Assembly: GCA_963789265.1 (NCBI GenBank)
Contig: CAWBKB010000001.1
Location: 128,001-192,000 of the forward strand
DNA from: an uncultured delta proteobacterium
GTDB lineage: Bacteria; Desulfobacterota; Desulfomonilia; Desulfomonilales; Desulfomonilaceae
Direction: 5' to 3'
Length of the DNA: 64,000 nt
Shown: positions 52,885 to 63,275 of the stretch, in pieces
Layout of the letters: the number at the start of each line of letters is the position of its first letter
Numbering within the stretch: the first letter of the stretch is position 1
Position numbers and translations under genes: made by a program
Notes under the pieces: generated by a model
Databases searched by the model: none
What the model saw: the letters and a program-made list of their open reading frames with translations, nothing else
What the model was told of the DNA's origin: nothing

Positions 52885-55723
52885 TCACTGCACCTCCCCC
52901 ACCAGAATAAACGGTGCCCAATAAAACGGGTGCTTGTATCCAGCATTGCGGACATCTTCCCTCGCGGACTTGAGTGCATCCAGTTTATTTTTTCCTTCCT
53001 TCAAATGCGCAAAGAATTTTTCAACCAATAAGACGGAACCGCTCTCGGAGACTGACCATAGACTCATCAGGATTGATTTTGCACCCGCGTATTGGAACGC
53101 CCTACCCATGCTCATGACACCTTCACCGGAGAGATTATTTCCCAGACCGGTCTCACAGGCTGTCAAGGCTACGATATTGGCATTGAGCTTCATGCCCATA
53201 ACTTCGGTCATCCTGACAAACCCATCTTGATCTTTGGGCTGACCCACCAGGGTCATGGCCAACACAGGCTCTTGGATTCCAGGAATATCAGTGCCGAAGT
53301 ACCCGTGAGTCGCGAAAACAATGGAACCGTAATCGGTGAGAGGCTTATCGAATAGTATGGATTTCTTTGCTTGCATGCCGGTGAAGAGATCTGTTTTGCT
53401 CGGATTCAGTCTTTTGAGAGATTCCGCCAACTCAGTGGTCTTTGCGAGCCGAGGAAAGGTGATACCGGTTTGATCCTTGATGGACATGAGCTTCTCGGGG
53501 AGCGCCGCCAGCAGCTTCTGCTGTTTCTTTGCGGATGCGATCTTCAAACGGGCATCATCGGGCTCAAATACCGGATCGGCAATAACCAGGGTCTTGGAGC
53601 CGGGCTTCTCATTTGACCTCAGTGTCCTCGCCAAAGTCATGGCGGTGATGGACTGGTAATAGCTGATGGGATATGCGTCACCAAGATAAGTAAGTCCTTC
53701 AGGGTAGGGTCTTCCACCTTCCTCTTTCCAGGTCGGCTTACCGGAGACTACAAGGGCTTCAAACGGGAGGATGGCTAATATACCGTCTGGAATGATAACA
53801 AGAGGAGTGCCTTCGGGAACCTGCATCAGCACGGCCCCGAGAAGCTTTTTGTACAGATTCCGGCCCAACTCGGGATCGAATTCCTTGAGCTTCATTTCCT
53901 CGAACGAGTGCCGAAACTTTTTTACATCTTTCTCCAAGCCCCCGGATTTCCACTCGGTGTAAAAGGTTCTGGGCAATCTTCTTCCCTTTTATCAGTTTTA
54001 CGCCGACGCCTTCGCTGGAGACATCAAAGATGACAACGTATTCTTCGGGTTTGAGGGCTGATTCCTTCAGGGTTACCGGTCTTGGGTATTTTACTGAGGC
54101 GTACGGCTTGTACTTTTCCCAGAGCATTTGTACAAAGGTGTTCAGTTCGGCTTCAGCACCTTGAACCTGCTGATTGATATTTCCGTACGTGGCGGGAGAT
54201 TTTTCCTTGTCGGTCTTGGCCAACTGTTTCTTGAGCGCTGCAACCTTACTGACAATCTCATTTTCTTTTTGGAGCACCTGATGAGGAACACCGGAAGTGC
54301 CCTCTTTCGTTGTTAAAGCAATGTTGTCCGAGAATGCCCTTGCTCTGGTTGCCTCGCTGGAATCTATACTTCCTGCCGCCTGATTGAGTTTCATCCTCAC
54401 GTGGGTCAGTCCTTTGGCAGGTTCGGACCGTTGGAACCCGTTGATTTTGACCTCAAAGAAATTCTTTCTCTCTGCCGGTAAGAGGCTGGATCTGATCTCT
54501 TCGGTGAGTTTCATTCCTTTCTCATAATATCCTTCTGCTTTCTTGTAATCTTCTAATCCTTCATAGACTCTTCCCAGCCCGGTATATGCTGTGAAGAGTT
54601 CATCAGCATCCTTGTTCTTTTCAGCCCAGGCCAAACAGCTTTCGTAGTTTTTCTTGGCTGCTGCATAGTCGGATTTCAGAAGGTAGAGTCTGCCAAGGGA
54701 TCGGGAGTAATTTGCGGCTCTTACGTAAGGTTCCGCCTTGTCCAGCTTCCCCATGTCCAGATACAGATTGCCTATAAGCTCCTCGGACCCTCTGGTTGGA
54801 ACTCCGATTTTGGCCTGGATTGCGATTGCTTTTTGGAAACTTGCAAGCGTGTCTTCATATTTTTCCATCCGGACGTACGTTTTCCCGATGTCGTTTAAGG
54901 CAAATCCCTGACTTCTGACGTTGCCCTCCTTTCTATCGATATCCAGAGCTTTTTGATGGTATACCAGCGCCTTTTGATATTGACCCAAGTCGTCGTAAAT
55001 CGAGCCCATGCCGCTAAAGGTCCACCCTTCGGCCCGTACGTTCCCACTCTTCTCTTCAAGGACCAACGCCCTCTCATAGTATTCCAGCGCCTTTTGATAT
55101 TGACCCAAATCCGCGAAAATCTGCCCCACGTAAAACACGTCCTCCGCTTCCTCCTTAACATTGCGGAGCTTCCTCTCAACTTCTATTGCCTTTTCGTAGT
55201 ATTCCAAGGCCTTTTGATATTGCCCCGACTGCCTCTGAACTACGCCGATGCCACCCAGCGTCCATCCCTCTGCCTGCAGGTTCCGGCTCCTCTTTGACAT
55301 GACCAGCGCCTTCTCGTAGTATTCCATCGCCTCGCTATATTGACCCAACTCGACATAAGACACGCCAATGTTGTTCAGGGTAGTCGCCTCGCCCCTAGGG
55401 TTCCCAAACCTTCTATGGATATCCAGCGCCTTCTTGAAGTATTCCAGCGCAGTCTTATATTGACTCAGCTTAGAATAAATCAAGCCAATGTCGTTCAGAG
55501 CGGCTCCCTGCCACGATGACCCCACTTTCTCGAAGATTTCCAAAGCCCGCCGATATTTGGCCAGCGCCGTTTCAAGGTCCTCCCGGGAACGTGGTACGTC
55601 CCGCAATGCCCGGGCCTGGTTGTAGATGGCAATTCCTTGCTTCTCCGATTGAGCCGACCCGAGCGAGGGAAGGAGCGCAAACATCACCCATAAGACAGCG
55701 ATCAAGCCGCATATTCTTTTCAT
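52885..55723 (-). CDS. Secreted TPR-CHAT protease 5 (1-bp insertion near 53967)
   Basis: C-terminal two thirds near-identical to protease 4; six divergent TPR units. Confidence 0.92.
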
Positions 55724-55800
55724 GGACAATCCCCATATTGGAAATATTCAGAATCCTGTATTCAGCATCCAAGGTCCCCCAAAGAGGGAGCATCTATTGC

Positions 55801-55832
55801 TTTAGTAGCAACCTCGCCCGAAAAAATGACAC
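55801..55832 (-). promoter_or_regulatory. Putative ECF promoter GTGTCA-N20-ACTAAA
   Basis: Shared motif; the spacer contains a T6 run. Confidence 0.68.
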
Positions 55833-55969
55833 ACGCAAATCACTGTTGTATAAAGAGAGTCTCGGCACCTATGGTATATGCTTTTTGTCATCATCTTTCA
55901 GGGCTCCCAGGCTCCAGACCGACATTGAGGGAGTGGGGGCGGCTTGACGGCAGACAAAATCCACGCGTC

Positions 55970-56485
55970 CTAGGTGGGTACAGCGTTGCTGCGCTTCCGC
56001 AGCCACGAGCGAGCAAACATTATCCCGGAAAATACAGGTGCAACTGCCCCGAATAAGCTTGCCAGGAACGAGATAACTTTCAGTCCGGTCCCCATTAATG
56101 CGTCTTCGGATGGTTTGGGCTTAACTTTCTCCAACAGATTACGGTAGGTATCCAACCGTTGTCGGAGAATCGTCTCATTGTGCTTCAGTTTTTCAAGTTC
56201 CCCATTCAGCCTTTCAATTTCCTTTTTTCTCTGCCCGGCTAATCTCGAAAATCCCTTTTCTTTTGCGGTATTGGTCTTGGCGGTATCAAGGGTCGTCTGA
56301 ACGCTGTCAATATCCTGCCGGGTATGAGCCACGACTTTGGCTAGTCTCTCCGCACGGAGAGTCATGCTTATGCGATTAACTGACGGAATGGTGAAAAAAA
56401 CCAGGCATAGAAGACCTATGCTCAGAATAATAACGAATGTAAGCGACAAAATTGGGCGTCTGGATTTTCCTGAATTCGAACTCAT
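55970..56485 (-). CDS. Small membrane protein: TM, coiled coil, C-terminal hydrophobic segment
   Basis: GGGGAGGAG RBS; N-terminal TM; heptad-like middle; ALMGTGLKVISFLASLFGAVAPVFSGIMFARSWLRKR. Confidence 0.7.
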   Translation of the reverse strand: MSSNSGKSRRPILSLTFVIILSIGLLCLVFFTIPSVNRISMTLRAERLAKVVAHTRQDIDSVQTTLDTAKTNTAKEKGFSRLAGQRKKEIERLNGELEKLKHNETILRQRLDTYRNLLEKVKPKPSEDALMGTGLKVISFLASLFGAVAPVFSGIMFARSWLRKRSNAVPT

Positions 56486-56616
56486 GTCTCCTCCCCATTT
56501 CCACGGATCCAATACTCTGTTGACCCGACTGTATCCAATTTCAATCCGGCGGACCTGAACAGCCGCAAACAAGCTACTGCGTATCCTCCAACTAATATGA
56601 ACAAAGCCCATTCTTG

Positions 56617-56688
56617 ACCACGGAGACACAGAGTTCACAAACAAATCCAATATTTTTCTTTCTCAGTGTCCTCTGTGTCTCCGTGGTG
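56617..56688. repeat. ACCAC(G)GAG-type inverted repeat downstream of a CHAT gene
   Basis: ACCACGGAGACACAGAG...CTCTGTGTCTCCGTGGT. Confidence 0.8.
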
Positions 56689-56704
56689 AATTCTTGTCTT
56701 CCAG

Positions 56705-59700
56705 TCAGTTCACTTCGCCCACCAGGATAAAAGACGCCCAGTAAAACGGGTGCTTGTATCCAGCATTCCTTACATCCGCCCTTGCCGACTTCAGGGCATC
56801 CAGCTTGTTCTTCCCTTCCTTGAGGTGTTCAAAGAATTTTTCCGTCAACATCACGGACGCGTTTTCCGCCACGGACCAGAGACTCATCAGCACGGACTTG
56901 GCCCCCGCGAACTGGAACGCCTTGCCCATGCTCATTACGCCTTCACCGGCCAAATTATGCCCCAGGCCAGTTTCGCAGGCGGTGAGGGCCACCATGCCGG
57001 CGTTGAGTTTCATACCCATCACTTCGGACATCGTGAGAAAACAGTCCTTTTCCTTGGGTTGACCTACTAACGACATAACTATGACCGGTTCACGGATTTC
57101 AGGTATGTCGTTCCCGAAATAACCGTGGGTGGCAAAGACGATGGAACCATAATCCGTAAGCGGTTTATCGAACAGGATGGATTTCTTCGCCTGTAGGCCG
57201 GTGAAAAGAGTAGTTTTATCGGGATTCAATTTCTTGAGGTATTCCGCGAGCTCGGTGGTCTTTTCAAGTCTGGGAAAGATTAAGCCCGTCTGGTCTTTGA
57301 TTGACATGAGCTTTTCAGGCAATGCAGCCAATAATTTCTGTTGTTTCTTAGCCGCAACCGTCTTAACGCGAGGATCATCCGGGCCGAATACTGGATCGGC
57401 GAGAACCAACATCCTGCCTCCCGGCTTGCTTTGCGACCTCTCTTTGCGGACCATAGTCAAGGATGTGATGGATTCGTAATAGCTTATGGGATATACGTCG
57501 CCAAGATAAGTAAGACCATCGGGGTACGGCATGGTGTTACCTTCTTTCCATGTCGCTTTTCCCGACACGACAAGGGCTTCAAATGGAAGCGTCGCCAGAA
57601 TGCCGTCCGGGATGATTATCAGGGGAGTCCCCTCCGGAACATCAGCCAGGACCGCGGTCAACAGCCTCCTGTACAGCTTCTTGCCCAAATCGACATCAAA
57701 TTTGACTTTCGGATTGTCAGGCTCCTCGAACGGTTCACGAAACTTCTTTATGTCTCGTTCCAGGTCCTTCATTTTCCATCTTTCGGAGAGGGTCCGGTCC
57801 GGAACTTTGTCTCTGATCAGTTGTATTGCGATCTCTTGCTCGGACACTTGAAAGGTGATCACGCACTCTTCGGGCTTGAGCAGAGATTGCTGGGGCGATA
57901 CCGTTCGGGATACTTCACCCACGCGTATTTCTCGTACTTGCTACGGAGCATTTCAACGAATTTTTCCTTTTCCGCCTCCGCATCCCGGACCAATTTGCTG
58001 AGGTTGTCAAATCGCGCCGGATTCTTTTCTTTGTCGGTCTTTTGCAATTGTTTTTTCAGAGCGGCGACCCCGGTCACGACTTCATCTTCTTTTTTGAGGA
58101 CCTCATCAGGCACGCCCGCGAATCGCGATCTCTGGGATATGGCGTCCGCGAATGCTCTTGCCCGGGTGGCTTCTATCGAATCTATGGCTTGCAAGCCTTT
58201 GCCCAGCTTGCACTTCACTCGCGTCAAACCTTTGGCGGGCTCGGAACGCTGAAAGCCGCAGACCTTGACATCGAAGAAATCCTTTCTTTCAGATGGCAGG
58301 AGGCTCGATCTCATCTCTTCGGTGAGGTTCATCCCCTTTTCATAGTACTTTTCGGCTTTCTCATAGTTTCCCAATCCCTCGTAAACTTCTCCCAGGCCGG
58401 TGTAGGCTGTGAAAAGACTGTCGACATTTCCACTCTTCTGTGCCGAAGCAAGAAGCTTCTCGTAGTTCGTTTTGGCTTTACCATATTCGAGTTTCAGCAA
58501 ATGCAGTTTCCCAGAAGCCCAAATTAAATGCTTGCCTTTCAGGACCTTTGCTGCTTCGGCCAATTCCCCTTTTTCCATGTAAGTCCAGGCAATCAAAGCC
58601 TTAACGTGAAGCGGGGATGCACCAATTTTGGTCTTGATTTCAAGCGCCTTTTGGTAGCTCGTGAGCGCATCGTCATATTTCCCGTAGTCGAAGCACACTC
58701 GACCGATATTTGCAAAATTACTTGATTCACTGTTCTGATCGCCCATGGCCTTGGCCAACCTGCAAGCTTTCTCATAATTTTCCAGGGCTTTTTGGCGCTG
58801 ACCCCAGGTGTGGTAAATACTTCCCATCAAACCACAACTCCAGGCCTCCCCTTGGCTGTCGCCGATCTCCCTTTGCGTTGCCAGCGCTTTGTTACAGTAT
58901 TTTAATGCCTTTTGATACTGCCCCCCAAAAAAATAGATTGTCCCAGCGTTGTTTAAAGTTGTCGCCTCCGCTTTTCGTTCGCCAATTTTCCCGTCGATCT
59001 CAAGAGCCTTTTCGTAATTCTCCAAGGCCTTCTGATACTGCCCCCAAGCTGCGTAAACGATGGCCATGTCATTTAGCTGAATCCCTTCTTCTCTAACGCC
59101 ACCAACTCTTCGCTGAATGTCCAAGGCCCTTTTGTGGCACTCCAGGGCTTTCTTATATTGTCCCAACTGACAGTAGGCCGCACCAAGACCGCCCATAGCG
59201 CTGCCCTCACCCGCGACATTGCCTATCTTCTTATCAATCGCCAGGCCTTTTTCATAATTTTCCAAGGCCTTTTGATAATCACCCATAAACTTATAGGTCC
59301 AGCCTATGCCAACTAATACATTTCCCTGGTCTCCTATGCTCTTGAGCCGCTTGCTAATTGCAAGGGATTTTTCATAACAATCCAGAGCCTTATGGTATTG
59401 TCCCATACCTCTGTAGGTAAATGCCATTTGGCTGAGAGCCCATCCTTCCCCTCGCAGATTGGAGACCTTCCGTTGCAAGTTCAGGGCTTTCTCCTGGTAT
59501 TCCAATGCCTTTTGAAGCCGGCCCAAATACCTATAAGCGGAGCCTATGTTAGCCAGCGTCGTGGCTTGCCCTTTGAGGTTTCCGACTTTCTTGTGTAGAG
59601 CAAGGGCCTGTACATAATACTCTAGTGCCTGCCCATACCGGCTCATGCCAGAATAAACGGAGCCTACGTTAGCCAGCGTCGTGGCTTGCCCTTTGAGATT

Positions 59701-60021
59701 TCCGACTTTCTTATGTAGAACCAGGGCTTTCTCATAGTATTCCAAAGCCTGCCGATTCTGACCCAGGCTAGCATAAATTATGGCGATGTTGTTCAGCGTA
59801 CCTCCCTGCCACTTCGATCCGGTTTTGCGGAAAATCACTAAAGCCTGTTGATATTTTTGCAGCGCCTTTTGCCGGTCGTCGTTGGAACGGGCTTTAACCC
59901 TCAATTCGTTCGCCTGCTTGAAAAGGGCAATCCCTTCCTTCTGTGATTGGGCTGACCCAACGAAAGGAAAAAGAACGAACAGCATCCATAAAACAGCGAT
60001 CAAGGCGCATATTCTTTTCAT
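56705..60021 (-). CDS. Secreted TPR-CHAT protease 6 (frameshift near 57900)
   Basis: Signal peptide; ten units; FATHG and LTACET; ends HPFYWASFILVGEVN. Confidence 0.92.
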
Positions 60022-60115
60022 GGAAAACCCCCTCCTTCTTGCAGCACTTAAGTTGGAAATGTCCTGAATTTCATGCCCGTCGGTCGGGGCCTCAAAGACC
60101 GTGGCATCAGTATGT

Positions 60116-60146
60116 TTTAGTAGGGAACGCGACTTGAAAGTGACAT
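60116..60146 (-). promoter_or_regulatory. Putative ECF promoter ATGTCA-N19-ACTAAA
   Basis: Shared motif upstream of protease 6. Confidence 0.7.
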
Positions 60147-60200
60147 AACTCATTCCATATTGTCAAGAAATAAGGGCGACCAATGAGCTGTTGGGCCACC

Positions 60201-60231
60201 TTGTCACTATCTGAAGCTTTTTACCACTAAG
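60201..60231 (+). promoter_or_regulatory. Putative ECF promoter TTGTCA-N19-ACTAAG
   Basis: Shared motif, divergent from the previous site, upstream of the caspase-Sel1 gene. Confidence 0.7.
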
Positions 60232-60420
60232 GTGATCGGGGCAATTCAAGTGTCACGCGGATGTTATTCTTTCCGGGGCTCCGATGACTGCATCTCACTC
60301 ATAAGTGAGAAGCCGCGTGGACCCGAAAAATGGTCTTGACCGATTGATTGAGCCTGAAGTATCCTGGGATAATAACACAACAGTGACTTTGCCATGCTGC
60401 CGGCTGAAACAGGGGGAAAA

Positions 60421-62456
60421 ATGAAACCCGCAGCCTCTCCGAAAGAATCAACGGTTTGCACAGCCTACCCACGGCTTTTTTTCGTCCTGCTGATTCTCAT
60501 TTTCCTTTTCTACTCTCCGTGTGCAGCCGATAACCAAACTCCTAAGGCTATCCGGCGCAGTTCCCCGGCGGCCGGCGCATCTACAAAGGCTCAAAAAAGA
60601 GTCGCGCTGGTTATTGGAAATAATGAATACAAGGATGCTCCCTTACGGAATCCCGCCCATGATGCCGAGGATATTGCAAACGTCCTGCGAGGCCTGGGAT
60701 TCACAGTCTTGACAAAGATAAACGCGAATCAGAGAGAAATTGAAGACTCGGTCAGGGAATTTGTTCGGGAGATTCAAAATGGTGATGTAGCGTTATTTTA
60801 CTTCTCCGGGCATGGGGTTCAAGTTCACGGAGACAATTATTTAATTCCCGTTGGGGTTTCGATAGCCTCTGAGGCTGATGTTCGGTACAAGACTGTACCA
60901 GCGGGCTATATTCTTGCCGAAATGGACGAATCCAGGAACCGGACCAATATTTTTATCCTGGATGCGTGTCGGAATAATCCTTTCAAGAGCTTCCGATCGT
61001 TGAGCAAAGGTTTGACCATGATGGATGCCCCTGTCGGGACATTTATCGCCTATGCCACAGCCCCCGGGTCGGTGGCCGCGGACGGCACAGGCCGAAACAG
61101 CCCATACGCTGAGCATCTCATGCAGGCCATGAAGCTGAAGGGCATGAAGATCGAAGAGGTATTTAAGCAGGTGTTACGGGATGTCCGCAAAGATACAGGA
61201 GGAAAACAGGTCCCCTGGACTGCTTCATCACTGCAAGATGATTTTTGGTTCAATCCGTCAGCAAAGGCAGGCGTGCAAGAGGCTTCTCTCCCATCTTCAA
61301 CATCACCTGAAGTGACTTCGGTCCTCTCCACGAAATACAGAGAAAAAGCAGAGCGACTTGTGACTCTGCTGGTCACTCGCGGGGAAGCTGCAAGCCGGGA
61401 AGAGTTGAATCGCATGTATAAAGACCCGAAAGCAGTGAAATGGTTCCGCGAGGCAGGTGAGCAAGGCGATCCTGTGGCCCAATTAATGTTGGGTCGGATG
61501 TTCGCTCTAGGACTCGAGGTTCCTAAAGATTATGATGAGGCCGTCAAGTGGTACAGGAAAGCCGCCGAACAAGGAAATACTATGGGCCAAAGCAATCTGG
61601 GGTGGATGTGCGCGAATGGCTTCGGAGTTGCCAAAGATTATTCAGAGGCGGTGAAGTGGTATAGAAAGTCCGCCGATCAAGGAAATGCATGGGGGCAAAA
61701 CAATCTGGGGTGGATGTACGCACAAGGCAAGGGAATTGCTAAGGATTATGAAGAGGCAGTTAAGTGGTATAAGAAATCTGCCGATCAAGGAAATTCCCTG
61801 GCTCAAGGCAACTTGGGGTTTATGTACAAAAATGGTTATGGAGTAGCAAAGGACCGCACAGAAGCAATCAAGTGGTATAGAAAGGCTGCCGACCAAGGCA
61901 ATAAAAGCGCTAAGAAGGAGTTGCAGAAACTGGGCAACAGAGGGCTCTCCTTGGGGTACAGAGAGAAGGCTGAACGTGCTGGGACTTTGGTTGCCGCTAA
62001 CGGCCGAGCTGAGGAAGAGTTGATGATGTATAAGGACCCGGAAATGGTGAAATGGTTTCGCCGGGCGGGTCAGCTAGGGGATGCTGTGGCTCAGGTGTGC
62101 TTAGGCCGGATGTTTGAGCTGGGACTGGGGGTCCCCAGGGATTATCATGAGGCGGTGCAGTGGTTCAAGAAAGCCGCGTATCAAGGAAATTCCAGGGCTC
62201 AGAACAACATGGGGTTGATGTGCAGGAGCGGTACAGGGAGTTCCCAAGGATTATCATGAGGCAGTGAGGTGGTTCAAGAAAGCCGCCGAACAAGGACAAG
62301 CGAGTGCTCAAGTCAATTTGGGGTGGATGTACCAAAATGGTTATGGAGTCCACAAGGACCGTACAGAAGCCATCAAATGGTACAAAAAAGGCGGCCCATC
62401 AAGGCAATGAAGATGCCGAGAAGTTCTTGCGGAAAATGGGAGTGGCTGTCAAGTGA
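60421..62456 (+). CDS. Secreted caspase-family + Sel1-repeat protein (indels near 62237 and 62385)
   Basis: Leader; RVALVIGN, FYFSGHG, LDACRNNP; many KWYRKAAEQG...LGWMY repeats continuing across the frameshifts. Confidence 0.9.
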
Positions 62457-62528
62457 TTGTCTGCTTGTAGCTTCGATCAACCTATACAAAAAGGTGACCG
62501 GCGTCCGTAGTTATCCGGGAGAGATAAA

Positions 62529-63263
62529 ATGAAGAGCTTGATGAACCAGAGTTGGCGATACTTAGCGGCTACTCTTGCCTTGAACCTGGCTACAGCCTTG
62601 CTCCTCTCAAATGCATCAGCGGCATCAACAGATCTGGCGCACGGACTGGCCTCCATCGGGCAACCCGGCCCCGCGGCAGTCAAGTTCACGACAAAAACGA
62701 ACAAACAGCAAGGGGGAGTTTTCCAGCCGGGCGATAATGTGATTATCTACTTGACTACCAATCAACGTGCATATTTGACCATATTGGCCATAGCATCGGA
62801 TGGGAGCGTCACAGTAGTGTTGCCGAATAAATTGATGCAGAGCTGTCTGATTCAACCGAATAAGCTTTACGCTCTGTTCGGAGAGGATTCTCCGGTGCAT
62901 CTGATAATCGGGAAAAGGCAGCGCAAAGGCAAACTGTTGCTCTACTTGAGCCCGACTCCACTTGTGCTGAATCCTCTGGAAATACCGAAGGACGACAAGT
63001 GGCTTAAAATTGCCCCGAGCGACCGCCGGAAGCTTCAGATTCTCAAAGAAAAGCTTGAATCTATAGCACAAAATGAAGGATTTAACCGAGCAACTGTTCT
63101 TTTCCACGGTAAGGCAGGCAGAAACCTGGAAATTAGGCTTACGGAAGCGGCTACCAATTTGAGCAGTGAAGCAATTCCTGTCGGCACGGAAAGTTCGATT
63201 CCCGAAACGCTTACTGGGGGCCCGGGCAGAAACTCGCCACCAAAAACCAACTCGAACGAGTAG
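62529..63263 (+). CDS. Secreted DUF4384-like protein
   Basis: Signal peptide; FQPGDNV...AYLTILAIASDGSVTVVLPN. Confidence 0.75.
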   Translation: MKSLMNQSWRYLAATLALNLATALLLSNASAASTDLAHGLASIGQPGPAAVKFTTKTNKQQGGVFQPGDNVIIYLTTNQRAYLTILAIASDGSVTVVLPNKLMQSCLIQPNKLYALFGEDSPVHLIIGKRQRKGKLLLYLSPTPLVLNPLEIPKDDKWLKIAPSDRRKLQILKEKLESIAQNEGFNRATVLFHGKAGRNLEIRLTEAATNLSSEAIPVGTESSIPETLTGGPGRNSPPKTNSNE

Positions 63264-63275
63264 GGCCGGATTCCT

